Source: Ostrea edulis (Eukaryota). Taken from it: DNA of 64,000 bases. The notes under the pieces are model-generated. The model was given only the letters and a program-made list of their open reading frames with translations. It did not search any database and was not told where the DNA came from. Within the stretch, counting starts at the first letter, position 1; each line of letters opens with the position of its first letter. The position numbers were made by a program, and so were the translations under genes. Of this stretch, positions 33,506 through 47,435 are shown in pieces. The stretch covers positions 28,272,001 to 28,336,000 of the forward strand of contig NC_079165.1 of assembly GCF_947568905.1 (NCBI RefSeq). Reading direction: 5' to 3'.

Positions 33506-36329
33506 CAATTTTGAGTAACATTTATTGTAAATTGTCGATGCAACAATGGCTGTGCCCAAAGTTCAACTCCGCGATTTCAAAGAGAGAACAATTCAGTCTC
33601 TTGCCGCTTTTCTTGGGCCGACTGAGTTTGAGAAGTCTACATGTTATCAAAAATTTCCATATTGTCATAAAAATGGTACTGTAGCGATTTGGACGGTCTT
33701 CTTGCATTTCTCTTTGCAGAATTTGCTCAAATACCCTGTTTGATTGACACCTGCCTATTTGAATAGGTAGATATAGATACACCGGCTACATCTGCGTATA
33801 CACGTTGATATATTTTTTTTTGTCGGTTAGGGACAATTTGCAGACAAAACATGCATCTGCATTAGGAAAAAATCATATGACTTGGTGAAAATTTTAGCAA
33901 TATGATGACAGATTATATGCGAAGTCGCGTCTGTATCTTTTCCACGCATGAATATTTGAATAATACGAGAAATGCAGGAAAGTTTGTTAAATAAATTGAT
34001 CATATTATGCAGCTGGACGAACAACTTTTCCAAATAAAAGGGAAAAAAAAAATAATTGCACATGTGTATAACACGTCATCAGGTATTAAATTCTACCCAG
34101 CAACCCACTGTGTACAACAAACAGCACTATATCGCCCCCAAACAGAGAAATTAAATGTTATCTGATACTAAATAGATAACCTTTAAAACTTTCATAATAT
34201 TCTTATAGTATTTTGTAATTATTCAAGTTAAGAAGACACCGCGGATTTAATATGGAGGAAGGGGAGTGGGTAACGCTGACTCGGCAAAGTTTAAATCTGC
34301 ACCCCGAATTATGAACTCAGATTTTGAAATTAAGAAAAACGCTTGTAAAAATTTTCATTAATATTTTTGTTGATATGAACAAGGAATCCATCAAATAAAT
34401 AATATATAAGTAGTCGATTTCCGACTGAAGTTTCAGCATTGTAAATATATACTGGGAGCTGATAAGATATACGAGCATTTGTTCAACTTAAACAAATCTT
34501 TTAAGGCTAAAAGAAATTCTGTATTCTGTGAAGATATTCAACTTCACCAATAATCTCAATTTTGTCCTGAAAAGAAAAGAAAATGTTTAATAATTCAAAA
34601 GTGCACAAAGCTCGACCTATTTTGATAAATAATATTTTATGTCAAACACTGAACAAAAATTTGAGCAAAAAATAAAATAAAAATATCCCTGTGACATCAG
34701 TATTTAGCTTAACGTCAAAACACAGCTTTTGGAATCTAACGTAATCACAGACAAGATTTGTTTGATGGAAAACTTGAAATGAGTTATATCCGCAAAAGTG
34801 TGCAATCCTGTTATAGTATATTGTGTAAAAAAAAGAGTGCAGTATACCAGTTAAAAGGGTAAGTCCCTCTCTAAATCCACCCCAGATATATATCATACAT
34901 TACAGATATTATAAAAAAAAAAATTAATTTAAATTTCAAGGGCATTTATATTCACCTTTCTTTAAAGATTTTTATTTGCTAATTTTGTTTTTAAACAATG
35001 CATATTAGATCTATGTAAATTTCTATCAGTGTTTCTCCATGTTCATACAGTGTCTAGAGTGGTATTTTATCCTATATGGCGCTATGTATAAATATTATTA
35101 TTATTAAATTATGATAACCTAATTTGGTCCCTATAATATAGTAAACATGTGTGGGAAAAGTCATTGTGTGAGAACAGTAGTGGTATTCAATAGGTACCAC
35201 CATTCTCCCGTCAATTTTTGTAGATTGACGTCACAGTTTAAACAATTTATCGTCTGTCGTCATTTTTCATTGAAAACGTCACATCTAGTGCACGGGGGCT
35301 CTAAGTTTTTGAGAGACGCAACATACAGTACAGAAAAACAGTGGTAAAGTATTACACGTGTTCATGGAAAGTTAAAGAATACGAGGAAATAGTACATATA
35401 TAATGTCAAATGGTCACCATATCCCCCCCCCCCCCCCCCCCCCTCTAAAACATGCATCGGAAAGCTGACTATTCAATCATCAACATATGAAGTTATCTTT
35501 AGGGGTCAAATTAGGCGCATACCAAACATAGACTCAGCGTACATATTAGTCCGCCCTTTTACCTGAGGAGAAGTGCATTTACCTGACCTGGATGTTTTCT
35601 TCCCGTTGACTAAATTAAAAACACAACTTATCTTCATTTTTTTTAACACCCTTTAACTCTATTTTTGGAGGTTCTACCACATATCGCATCAATACATATA
35701 TTTGTCGCACTCATTGACCTACATGAACGTTTCCTTTCTGCAGAGTAAAAACGATGACTAACGAATTGCCCCCAGAAGCTTCTTTTTTTTTTTAAATAAT
35801 AGTGTTTTCTTTCACACCCTGTGCGTTAATACTTATGCGACACCAACCGCATGAGCAAGTTTAAAACAACTTTATATTCGTTATCAATATGTTTTTACTT
35901 GGTTCCTATTGTCTTCTAAGTCTGTGGATAAACGGGTAAAATTCCTGAAAAGGTCTGTCATTGTCCACACACAAATACTAGTATACATGCGTGGACTTTT
36001 GTAGCCGCGTGAACACCTGCCGCCTGCGCCATGTTGATGATTTAACAGTATAATATTGTGGTTTTTTGTTGTTTATCAAATCAATCCTATTACACGTAAT
36101 CACACCGACATGCAACGGGTAGGGGGTGTAAAGGGGATAATACAATGAATATAATTTTGGTGTAACCAAATGGGGGTGGGGGGGGGGGGGGTATCAAGAT
36201 TATAAAACAGTTACGCGAATGTTCAAGTTCATTGATTGTGCGTACTTATTTGGTAGTGTCATGATGGCTAACTTCCTTTTAAAACTTGAATGAAATGTTA
36301 TTATCATTTGTATATTCCTTTTTTACTTA

Positions 36330-36960
36330 TAACTGCCTAGCTGAGTAGCTCAGTAGGTTAGCACGGCGGTTGTTGTTTTGGTAGGCCGCAGGTTCAAGTT
36401 CAAAAGGAGTTTTTTTTAAAATTGTTTTCAGATCACTTTCTACTAAAACTGTATTTTTTGACACACTAAAGTAAATTCGAAAGTTTTCAATTTTAAGATA
36501 TTATTGTACATATCTTCCACTTTTCATCCACATCATTTCTATGGTGCAACATTCCTTCTGACCGATTCACAATTTTTCTTCAAATTTTGTTTTTCACTTT
36601 AAATGATCAAAATCTACAGTCCAATATGTTTAAAAGGTTTCACAAAAAATTTAGGTCATATATCAGGACAGAGCTCATTATAAAGAGTTTATTATTGGTT
36701 TTAAAAACAAAGATTGAGGTGTGTTATTGTTTACGAAATTTTCAAAATAAAATGGATATCGATCCAAGTTTATCATATGTATCACATTTCAAGTATTCTT
36801 TAGGTAAAAATATCTCATTTAAAAGTTAACTTTGTGACTGCACAAAATTAAGCTGCTTTGAATAACAAAATTAACGTTTCACTGGTGTGTTTGTAAACAT
36901 AAAAATACTCGAGCCTTTGTTTACATAACACAAAGTTAAGTCTAAAATATTGCTCTTATC
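36330..36960 (+). mobile_element. Non-autonomous interspersed repeat with a tRNA-like segment
   Basis: It is homologous to 8330-8612 (inverted). A TTGTAAACATAAA...CTCGAGCCTTTGTTTAC motif has an inverted relative at about 37830-37870. Confidence 0.55.
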
Positions 36961-37115
36961 CTTGCATTCAGAAAGTCCAATTTTTTGGTTGTCAACATTA
37001 ATGAGTTATATTTTAATTTTTAACATCAAAAATGAAAAATATCTTTTCACAAAACGTTAACATTTAATTGTACCACATGACTTCGCGACCTGTTTATTCC
37101 ATAGGAATTTCATGA

Positions 37116-37264
37116 CTACTCGGGAAACAGTCAAAACTATTGCATGTCCCGAGGTAGTTTCGAGGACCCGGGAAACTGTTGTCAGAGGCCGTAGGCCGAC
37201 GACAACAGTTTCCCGGGTCTTCGCCACTGTCGAGGGGCAATAAATTTGACTGTTTCCCGAGTAG
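37116..37264. repeat. Nested foldback: 20-bp outer and 19-bp inner perfect arms
   Basis: Outer arms are 37116-37135 and 37245-37264. Inner arms are 37165-37183 and 37201-37219. The loop contains GGCC-GTA-GGCC. Confidence 0.9.
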
Positions 37265-38004
37265 GTATGGAATAATTGTTTTATTACCTAATCTACTAAT
37301 CGGGCAATACTGAGTTTCTCACGTTACCGGAAAATAGTTCGTTACGTGACCTGGAAACAGTTTATCACGCGATTGGGTAATAGTAGGTCACGTGATGAAC
37401 TGTTTCACCCCCTGCTCATTTTGTGTATCTTTCTCTTCTGATTAAAGTTGGAAAACAGAAACAAAATATGTAAGATCAATTTATATAGTAGATTAGGTAA
37501 TAAAAAATATGTAATATCAATTTATGTAGTAGAGTAGGTAATACCACGGAATGGCTTCATGTAGTCGGAAACCTCTGTCGATTGTTAACTCTGACATATC
37601 ATTAGTATGATTCGTTGATTACTTTTAGTACTTTACTGTGAATATTGCTTGCATTTTCATGAACGTACACTATATGTTTATCTTGTTATGGACATGGACA
37701 CGATTGAGCTGAAGATTTTATTATGCTATTTTTATTGTTTACAATGATTAACTAAAGTATTTCGAATGGTCAACCAAATTTTGAATATCAGTTTTTGAGT
37801 TACAAGTGAGATACAGCACTCACAATTCTTTGTTGTGTAAACAAGGCTCGTGCCATGTTTTTGTTTACATATAGATTGCTTAATAAAAAATAGCATGTTT
37901 AAAACAAAAGGAGATGTGCTAAACGTCTCGAGCCCATGTTTCGAATGGTGATTGATGTCGAGGGTTAGTGCGAGGTAAAGAATCAATAACCCTTGACATG
38001 TGAA

Positions 38005-38416
38005 AATGAGAGGGAAGATGGATGACCCATATAAAAGGTAGATTTTTAAGAAGGACAGACAAGGTTCTTGATAGTGCAGTGTCTAAATCCCCGAGCACGG
38101 TACTATGATGGTGTGTGGGTGGTGCGGATTAGCCCAAATGAGAAAAAATCAAAACGATAAAGGTGCACCTGCTTAGAGCATGTTTTGTGCACCAACACCA
38201 GTTTGTATAAATTGCATGTAATTTAGGGTCATCATTTATTATCTACACCAATATGAATACAAACATTAACATAAAAGGGAAATATGAGTTTTCACTAGTC
38301 TGAATTAATCTGACTTTGATGTATACCCTCTACCCATATGTTTCAGAACAAACGAACAGACAACAACAACAAAAAAAAACAACCCAAAACCCCCCCAACA
38401 ACTGCCCTCTGCCACC
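38005..38416 (-). mobile_element. ~650-bp TIR element, copy R1 (truncated, most diverged)
   Basis: It is homologous to the reverse complement of 43770-44420 and ends AACTGCCCTCTGCCACC. Confidence 0.8.
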
Positions 38417-38420
38417 AATA

Positions 38421-40172
38421 GGTAGCAGGGGACAGTTCCGCACTATAAGCCTACCCCATATTTGAAGTGATATTACATGTGTAAAAATGTATACAATAAT
38501 TTTAAGATGTATGTCAAATGTAGCTGAGTGCTTGATAAAAAGGTTGATATACAACATGTAGGTGTCACCATGATTCCTAGCATATAGATGGGTGCAAATA
38601 CGAAACTAAGACATGTGGTCAGTTGCTGAAGAAAACCCGGTGAAAACGTGCATGCTCCAGCAAAAGGTCTGTAGCTGAGAGGGAAGGTGGATGGCCCCAT
38701 ATGAAAGGTAGATTTTTAAGAAGGGCAGATAGGGTTCTTGATAGTGCACAGTGTCTAAATCCCCACGCTTGGTACTGTGATGGTGTGGGGGTGGTGCGGA
38801 TTAGCCCAAATGAGAGAAAATCAAAGCAAAAAAGGGGCATCTGCTCAGAGCATGTTTTGTGCACCAGCACCAGTATTTATAGATTACATGTAATTTAGGG
38901 TCACAATTTATTAACTACACAAATATGAAATACAAGTATTGACATAAAAGGGAACAAAAGATGTTTGTAAAACACATATGCCCCCATGGTGCAAAATTGA
39001 AAAAGGTTATACACACACATCATTTAATTGAGAGTAGTATCACCAATTCAAAATACTGAGCAGACAATATCTTCTATGTCAAGAGTGGATTGACCATGTG
39101 ACCTAAAAATCAGTAGGGGTCATCAATTCCTGAAGATGTACCAGTGTACCAAGTTTGATGTATGTCAAGCAAAGAGTTCTCAAGATATTGAACGGACAGT
39201 ATATTCCTATGTCCAGTTTGACCCTTGACCTTTGACCACGTGTCCTCAAAATCATTAGTAGTCATCTTCTCCTGAAGGTGTGCCAGTGTACTAAGTTTAA
39301 TGTCTGTCAAGCAAAGGGTTCTCAAGATATTGAGCGGACAATATATTCCTATGTCCAGTTTCACCCTTGACCTTTGACCACGCGAGTGTCATCTTCTCCT
39401 GATGATGTACCAATGTACCAAGTTGAATGTCTGTCAAGCAAAGGGTTCTCAATATATTGAGCAGACAGTATATTCCAATGTCCAGTTTGACCCTTGACCA
39501 TGTGATCTGAAAATCAATAGGGGTCATCTTCTCCTGAAGATGTACCAGTGTAACAAGTTTGATGTCTATCAAGCAAAGGGTTCTCAAGATATTGAGTGGA
39601 CAGTATATTCCTATGTCCAGTTCGACCCTTGACCTTTGACTATGTGACCTCAAAATCAATAGATGTCATTTTCTCCTGATAATGTACCAGTGTACCAAGT
39701 TTGATGTCTGTCAAGCAAAGGGTTCTCAAGATATTGAACGGACAGTATATTCCTATGTCCAGTTTGACCCTTGACCTTTGACCATGTGACATCAAAATCA
39801 TTAGGGGTCATCTACTTCTTAAGATGTACCAAGTCTAATGTCTGTCAAGCAAATGGTTCTCAAGATATTGAGCGGACAGTATATTCCTATGTCCCGAGTA
39901 GATTGACCCTTGACCTTTTGACCTGAAAAACAATAGGAGTCTTCTTCTTTTCATAGCCAACCCACATATGAAATATCATTACGATCAAAAGAATGGTTCT
40001 CAAGATATTGAGCGGACAACATGTGGTCTACCGACCGACAGGTGCAAACCAATATGCCCCTCTTCTTTGAAGGGGGCATAAATATAATTTTTCATTAGTT
40101 TGTCATAATCTGACTTTGATGTATACTCCTTACCCACATGTTTCAGAACCAAAGAAACTGTCTCCCGCCACC
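38421..40172 (-). mobile_element. ~650-bp TIR element, copy R2, interrupted by a 1.1-kb HINE
   Basis: It starts GGTAGCAGGGGACAGTT and ends AAACTGTCTCCCGCCACC, with ATA on both sides. Homology breaks at 38954 and resumes at about 40083. Confidence 0.85.
38955..40082. mobile_element. Helentron-associated element (HINE) with about 6 internal ~140-bp tandem repeats
   Basis: It is inserted at an AA dinucleotide without a TSD. The unit GATGTACCAGTGTACCAAGTTTGATGTC...TGACCCTTGACCTTTGACC is repeated, and a terminal hairpin TATGCCCCTCTTCTTTGAAGGGGGCATA lies at 40053-40080. Confidence 0.85.
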
Positions 40173-40175
40173 ATA

Positions 40176-40829
40176 GGTGGCAGGGGACAGTTTCTTTGAT
40201 TTTGAAACATGTGGATAGGGGGTATATACACCAAAGTCAGATTATGACAGACTAATGAAAAAAATCATATTTCCCTTTTATGTCAATACTTGTATTTCAT
40301 GTTAGTGTAGTTAATAAATTATGACCCTAAATTACATGTAATCTATAAATACTGGTGCTGGTGCACAAAACATGCTCTGAGCAGGTTCCCCTTTCTTGCT
40401 TTGATTTTCTCTCATTTGGGCTAATCCGCACCACCCCCACACCATCACAGTAACAAACATGGGGATTTAGACACTGTGTACAATCAAGAACTCTATCTGC
40501 CCTTCTCAAAAATCTACCTCTCATATGGGGCCATCCACCTTCCCTCACAGCTACAGCCCTTTTGCTGAACCCTGCATGTTTTCACCGGAATTTCTTCAGC
40601 AACTGACCACGTGTCTTAGTTTCGTATTTGCACCCATCTATATGCTAGGAATCATGGTGACACCTACATGTTGTATATCAACATTTTTATTAAGCACTCA
40701 GCTACATTTGACATGCATCCTAAAATTATTGTATACATTTTTACACATGTAATATCACTTCAAATATGGGGTATTTCCATTTTTTGAAAAAGTTGACCGG
40801 CCTGTAGTGCGAAACTGTCCCCTGCTACC
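40176..40829 (+). mobile_element. ~650-bp TIR element, complete copy F1 (654 bp)
   Basis: TIRs GGTGGCAGGGGACAGTTTC and GAAACTGTCCCCTGCTACC match at 18/19 positions. ATA lies at 40173-40175 and 40830-40832. Confidence 0.9.
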
Positions 40830-41975
40830 ATAGGATGTGAAGAGGTAGCAATAGCCAGATCGTACGGAGACTGTTTCGTTTGGTGAGTTGTCGGCTACAT
40901 GTATGTTTCTACTCAAAGTCCCACAATCAAAGCATCCTTGTGTGGTTGTCATTTATTCATACAATACAAAGTAGGCACTTTGATGAATGTACCATGTCTA
41001 TCAAACATCTCATCTAAAGTGTACTTGTTTAACCAGATAGAATAATAGTACATTCTGATTGTAAAAAACGATTAAAGGTTGTTTCGGTTTATCGAGCTAT
41101 AGTTTTTGTAAGGTCGACGACCACTACTGTACAGGTATATAGACTAACCCTTTAAATGTAGGTGATGCTGATTAGTTTTCCATGTAAATTACCTATAAAT
41201 TGTTAATTTGACATATGAATTATTTTAAAGGTAAATATCCCCCGCACATCCTGCTTACAGAGACAGTGAAATCTAACACGGTGGTTCAGTGACTGTACTG
41301 ACATTTTGCCGGTCTCGATGTAGGTCTGACTCTTGATTGTGTAGGAATTTAGTAATGACGTTAGCAGTTCAGAAGATTAATGTACATTGATTTTGTATCA
41401 AATTACCCAAAATGCATCTCTGAATAGTATGATTAAAAACTATCGTTGTACTCATTATCCATTCACAGTCTGCTTTCTAATAGTCACATTTTTAATGGAT
41501 TTACTGAATACACGAGGAACCTCCATGAGTTAAGGATGACCCGAAAAGGTCAAGGTCACATAACTAAAGGAACTTTTTAAAAAATAGATTTTCTGTACAT
41601 GTGTGAAGGATGACACGTAAAGGTGAAAGTCACATACTGGTAGGTGTAGTAAAATCTGGATGATAAATAATACAATAAGATCATCTCGTTTTAGGGAGGT
41701 CATAGGTAAAAGTCACCACCTCCCTTATGGTAAAAAATTATTTTCAGAAGACGAAAAAGTGAAGATAACTAACGGTGATCAATATCATAAATCGAACCTT
41801 AAGTGGGATCAAGTGTTTAGGGAGATATCTGTAATTTGAGATTTAACAATGAATCTTCAGATAAAGAGTCTCTCTATCAGAAAAGGATGATCCCCTGTAA
41901 TTTGTTTTAGATCAAGTGGGCAAAGGTTGGGTCAAGGTCACATAAGTAAAACATTTGAATAATTCATCTTACATT

Positions 41976-42230
41976 TTATTTAAATGTCCCGCTCGAGAAT
42001 TTTTCATTCATATGGAGACATCACCATTGTAGGTGAAGGGCTGCAAAATATAGTCCTATGCTCGGCTCTTACGGCCTTTGAACAGGGAGAGATCTTTATC
42101 GTGCCACACCTGCAGTGACACGGGGTGTTCAGTTTTCACGGTCGCATCCGAATGACCACCCCATTTAATAGCCTTTTTACGACAAGCAAGTGGTACTGAG
42201 GACCTATTTTATAGCCCAGATCTTCACGGG
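41976..42230 (-). mobile_element. Meta-core SINE, near full length
   Basis: The reverse complement reads CCCGTGAAGATCTGGGCTATAAAATAGGTCCTCAGTACC...GGTGTGGCACGATAAAGATCTCTCCC...ATGAATGAAAAATTCTCGAGCGGGAC. Confidence 0.75.
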
Positions 42231-42271
42231 ACTAATATACGTTATGCATAGATAGTATAAACACAATGTCA

Positions 42272-42575
42272 ACTGTATACAGGGATGTTGTAAAACTATT
42301 TACTGTACAGAGATGCTGTAAAACTATTTACTGTACAGGGATGTTGTAAAACTATTTACTGTACAGATATGCTTTAAAAGTATTTACTGTGCAGAGATGC
42401 TGTAAAACTATTTACTGTACAGGGATGTTGTAAAACTATTTGCTGTACAGATATGCTTTAAAAGTATTTACTGTACAGAGATGCTGTAAAACTATTTACT
42501 GTACAGAGATGCTGTAAAACTATTTACTGTACAGAAATGCTGTAAAATACAATATTTACTGTACAGAGGTGCTGA
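42272..42575. repeat. 28-bp minisatellite, about 11 copies
   Basis: TACTGTACAGAGATGCTGTAAAACTATT units start at 42301, 42329, 42357 and onward. Confidence 0.95.
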
Positions 42576-43769
42576 AAACAATACTTGGTTCATAGGGAAA
42601 CATTTTCCCAATATCAGGAAATCAGTTAAATCACATCTATATAATAATGCGTACGCATTGTTGACTAACCGTCGTCCTGACCTACAGTTTTTATTATGAT
42701 AAACTGCAGTATATAAAGCATGTCACCAGAGAAGATAATACACAGAAATTGCAAATCTGACATCTCGGTCCTCAATGAGTGCGGGATTGGCAGACTTCGC
42801 GTCTCTGACTATTGTCTGTGAAAACAAAAGCACCGTTGTCATTATCTTCTGCAGTTGTGCAGCGACAATATAATCCCGATAATCACTTTATATCCCTGGC
42901 TCAGCGTCCGCTCCGAGGGACAAATAGATTTTTCATGTCACTAGAAAATACGAGGAAATCCATGAATTTTTGGGACAACATCTGGTCCGTTGTGAAGGGT
43001 ACGTTCATCTCCAAGCTGTTCCGATTAAAACAAAGTTTTTAAAAAACCGTAATATTAAACAATTTCGTTTGCACTTTAAGAACTGGGGTCCTCATTACTG
43101 GCAGAAAACGGTTCAATACAAGAGGCAGCTCCAGTGATTTTGCATAATTTTATATATACAAGGTTCTTATTCTGTACGCCAAAAAAAAAAAAAAAAAAAA
43201 AACATATCAAAAATCCTTTTATCAATACCCATAAATAACCCGTGAGACATACTAGACACATAAATAATGGCAGAATTACATAATTTAACAATTGATATCA
43301 TCTGGCACCTGCGGAGTTGGAATTAATCGCGACCTTACCGACTGTTCAGATCGCTGACCTTACAGAATCCAGTAGTTTCAAAAACTGTTACAGAGTCAAG
43401 CGTCAAATCGAGATAGACATCTATATCAGACAGGTGCCCGTGGTGAAACCGAATCCTGTATAAGTAATTTCGCCACTTTAATGTCAGCTTTATTCAATAC
43501 AGAATTAATAACGAATTTTTGGCGGAATCAAATTATTTCAAAATTAATCACGTTTTGAAACTTGCACGTGTATGCCCATACTCAAATAAGCACGCATGCG
43601 CATGTACTGCCCAGTTACTGAAGTTGAAGTATGTTACCTTTGTCTAAATGATATGTCATATAGAATGTCATCTTTTCATCTTACGATATAGAATAAACAC
43701 CATGTTCTTGTTTGATTATCACGCGTAGGACTACAATCATCTTCGCAAGCCAAGTGTTCGATTCGCTAA

Positions 43770-44420
43770 GGTGGCAGGGGACAGTTTCTTTGGTTTTGAA
43801 ACATGTGGATAGGGGGTATACACCAAAGTCAGATTATGACAGACTAATGAAAAATCATATTTCCCTTTTATGTCAATACTTGTATTTCATATTAGTGTAG
43901 TTAATAAATTATGACCCTAAATTACATGTAATCTATAAATACTGGTGCTGGTGCACAAAACATGCTCTGAGCAGGTTCCCCTTTTTTGCTTTGATTTTCC
44001 CTCATTTGGGCTAATCCGCACCACCCCCACACCATCACAGTACCAAACATGGGGATTTAGACACTGTGCACAATCAAGAACCCTATCTGCCCTTCTCAAA
44101 AATCTACCTCTCATATGGGGCCATCCACCTTCCCTCACAGCTACAGACCTTTTGCTAGACCCTGCATGTTTTCACCGGAATTTCTTCAGCAACTGACCAC
44201 GTGTCTTAGTTTCGTATTTGCACCCATCTATATGCTAGGAATCATGGTGACACCTACATGTTGTATATCAACATTTTTACTAAGCACTCAGCTACATTTG
44301 ACATGCATCCTAAAATTATTGTATACATTTTTACACATGTAATATCACTTCAAATACAGGGTAATTCCATTTTTTGAAAAAGTTGACCGGGCCTATAGTG
44401 CGAAACTGTCCCCTGCTACC
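43770..44420 (+). mobile_element. ~650-bp TIR element, solo complete copy F2 (651 bp)
   Basis: It has the same 19-bp TIRs, with TAA at 43767-43769 and 44421-44423, and is very similar to 40176-40829. Confidence 0.9.
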
Positions 44421-47144
44421 TAACTCTCTTCTACCACGAGAGTAAGCGAATCGGACACTTGGCTTGCGAGGATGGACTACAGTAGTTGTACAGATTTATT
44501 CTTCATTTGTCGCCGACCCCTGTGTTAACATTTCTTGTATTGTAGACACGCGGATTTACGGGTACGTAAAAATAGACCGTGCGTTAAGGAATTTTAGTAT
44601 TAGTTTCAGTTTAAGACTTCTATTTTGATTTATGGAGGGCTTATCTTTCCAAAATGTAGATCAGTTACACGTGGAAATAGCAAAAATGTGAACACTCAGC
44701 CATTATATATTTAAATTGACCTGCAAGAGTGCAGAGAGACATATTGGCCAATTGAAAGGCATATTGACCAATTGAAAGGCATATTGACCATTTGACATTT
44801 GAAAATGTAACCGTCGCTTGCAGTAGTGTACACTGAGAATGGAATAAATTCTATTGTATAATCATCAACCCGTACCAGTGGATTTATTAAGCACAGGCTA
44901 TTCTGAGGCCAGAGACTTCAGCTGAGATGCAGACCTCCGAAATAGGGGTAGACACGGAAGGGTCTCTCGACCCCCTCGCGCCGCTAAGTGCCAAGGGACA
45001 TTCCCCGCGAATATTATTTTTGTTTTTGCGTGAAATACATGAAATTCTTTCGCATAATAAATCTGAAATTCAACCCAATTTAAAGTGAGAAAAATTGAGT
45101 TTGATTAGTGGAACACGAAATTAAATACAACTTCGTTAATCATTTTCCATGCGTAATAATAATTTTAGTAATATTTTAGAACTCGGATAATGTGTAGGCT
45201 ACCACCTATTGGTCTATATGGAATATTTGCGATGGCTTGGATCAGCCGCCAAAAATTAATAATGTCATGTACATGAACATAATTACAAAGAAGGAAGGAA
45301 AATAACCTAATTGTACAACATTTAAGAATTGTACACGTACAAAATGAAATCTAATGCTGTGGATAAATTTTAGTAACTTTGTTAACATGTTGAAGTACAA
45401 ATGTGGAAAAATTGAAATTAACTTTACAAAATTGTACATGAACGTTTTAGATGATGTGATCAAGTTCGTTTGTTTTTGTTTTTTTCATATGTACAAACAA
45501 ATCTATTTCATGCTTTGGATAAATTTTGGTTACTTTGTAAACATGTGCAAGTACAAATGTGCAAAAGTTGAAAATTTGAAATAATTTTAATTAAATCATA
45601 AACTTAAAAGAAATTATACATGAACGTTTTATATGATGTGGCCACTTTTTTTTAAAAAAAATTTATCATTATCATTTATTTTATATGTACAAACATATCT
45701 ATTTCTTGTCGTCGGCCATCGTAAATACAAGCCACTGCGTACATCTCTTCCATGGTGGAATTTGGGTATATTAATGGCGTTCATTTCTCTAGTGTTGAAT
45801 TATGACACATTTAATATTAATTCTGTATTCTACACACAGTATACGGCTTCTATTTCTGGACAGGCCATTGTGCGCTTTTTATTTCTACCGATTAATCATT
45901 TAGCAATTTCTTAAGCCGCTGCTCGATGACACGACATAACGAAATCTGGAGGGTTTTCACATACTCGTTTTAACTAAACATTGTAAGAATGGCCTGTGAT
46001 CAGGACGAAAGATAGCTTGACACGTGTAAAGAGATCAGGGTACCCGGTACATTCATTAAGATAGGATTTAATCGGATCGCCACAAAGAAAAGCAGAGCAC
46101 CATTTATTGATCTGCATTTGTTGCCTTTACTTCCGTTCCGTTGAATTCTTATCCATGCGTATTTGAACTTTCTCCCTTAACTGTTTTGTAAAGTGCTCGT
46201 CGTGTTTACATTCTGTTGTAACTAAAAGCTTTTTTTTTATTATTAAGATCCTGTCAAAGAAACAATTTTCATCAAAACGCTAAAAACCCAATTAACACCC
46301 CGAATGTGCTACAACCATTGCAAGGCTCAAAGTATCCACTTTCGTGCAATCATGACAACGTTCAAAGCATGCCAGTATCTCTCTTTGATAGTATAAGTAG
46401 AAAACTTGAACGTCGACCAAACATTTGGAAATAATCACAATCATATAAACGCTTAAAGAACACATCTTTCCTTATCATTGTTCATACCTCTTGACCACCC
46501 TGACCCTTAATCGGAAATAGGTACGCTATGTTCCGATCTCCGAGGTGCTTGATGTACATGTATCAGTGTTCTCCCGTTGAGAATGGAATAAGTGTCTCCT
46601 CAAGTGCACTTTTCCACTCACAGCGTTCATATTTTGATTGCTTTATGATCTGAATACTGAACTGATATTTGTAGAAGAGAAGTTAAAGGCCTCTCCATAG
46701 ACATGTCTTCTTTAATGACAATTACATTGTTCATGGAATTACAGGTACAAGATACCTTGTTCATGGTTATCTGAATCAAATAAAATTCAGTTCGAATTGT
46801 GTCACGCTAAGGCCTATGTAATTCCACATGGGATGACAACTTCTATCAGAAATAAGGTATAAACTTTTGATTACATACGATACCTGGGGTGATATTTTTC
46901 AATCAACAAAGACAAAAGTCAAGGTCACCTCCACAACTTGGTTGATTGAAGTGAAGAACACTAGGCCTAGGTATTCCTTTTATTTTCATACAAGTTCTTT
47001 GATGAAAAAAAAATTCATTTTTGATATTCAAGGTTAACGTCACTACATGCAGCGAAAACATTATAGCATACAGAAACCTGTTTCTTGATAATATCACGTA
47101 TATAATAGAAATGAAGAATAGTCTTCAAATTAGTACAAGCCTTT

Positions 47145-47435
47145 GTTGCGGTATCCTGGTGGTCAGGACGTTCGGTTTACAAGTAAGAGGCCCGGGTTCG
47201 ACGCTCATCCCAGCACTACATCAAACCGACGTTAGACATGCTAGGTAGGCTTGTTGCCGTGCCAAGTGACCGACATTAGAAGCGAAAGTCGATGCAATCT
47301 GATTAAATAATCAGCTCCTCGATCCACTCCTCGTGTAGAGACAATATAAAAAGGAGCGGATCGAGGAGCTGATATTAATCAAATTAAAGTCTCGGGTCTT
47401 ACGGATATGACCTTAAAGCCAAGGTTATGTGTGAT
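47145..47435 (+). mobile_element. tRNA-headed SINE 5' part containing a 22-bp-arm hairpin
   Basis: It has an A-box-like TGGTGGTCAGG and a B-box-like GGGTTCGACGC, followed by GGGTCTTACGGATATGACCTTAAA. Hairpin arms are 47310-47331 and 47352-47373 (21/22). Confidence 0.55.

Noticed and set aside
33546-33743. 65-aa ORF MAVPKVQLRDF... with a good start context
   Set aside because: It looks like a possible N-terminal fragment, but I found no domain, downstream exon or element boundary to support it.
39110-39659. ORFs with repeated LDIGIYCPLNILRTL
   Set aside because: These are translations of the ~140-bp HINE tandem repeats.
38473-44342. Recurrent 65-83 aa ORFs (MREGGWPHM..., MGPSTFP..., MLVHKTC...) with a CxxC
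   Set aside because: They recur only because they lie in copies of the 650-bp element, are open on both strands and are broken in the oldest copy. There is no independent coding evidence.
45950-46775. Protein-like minus-strand segments with apparent splice sites (also 42770-43030)
   Set aside because: All frames contain stops and I recognise no family. They are mentioned only as candidates pending tBLASTx.
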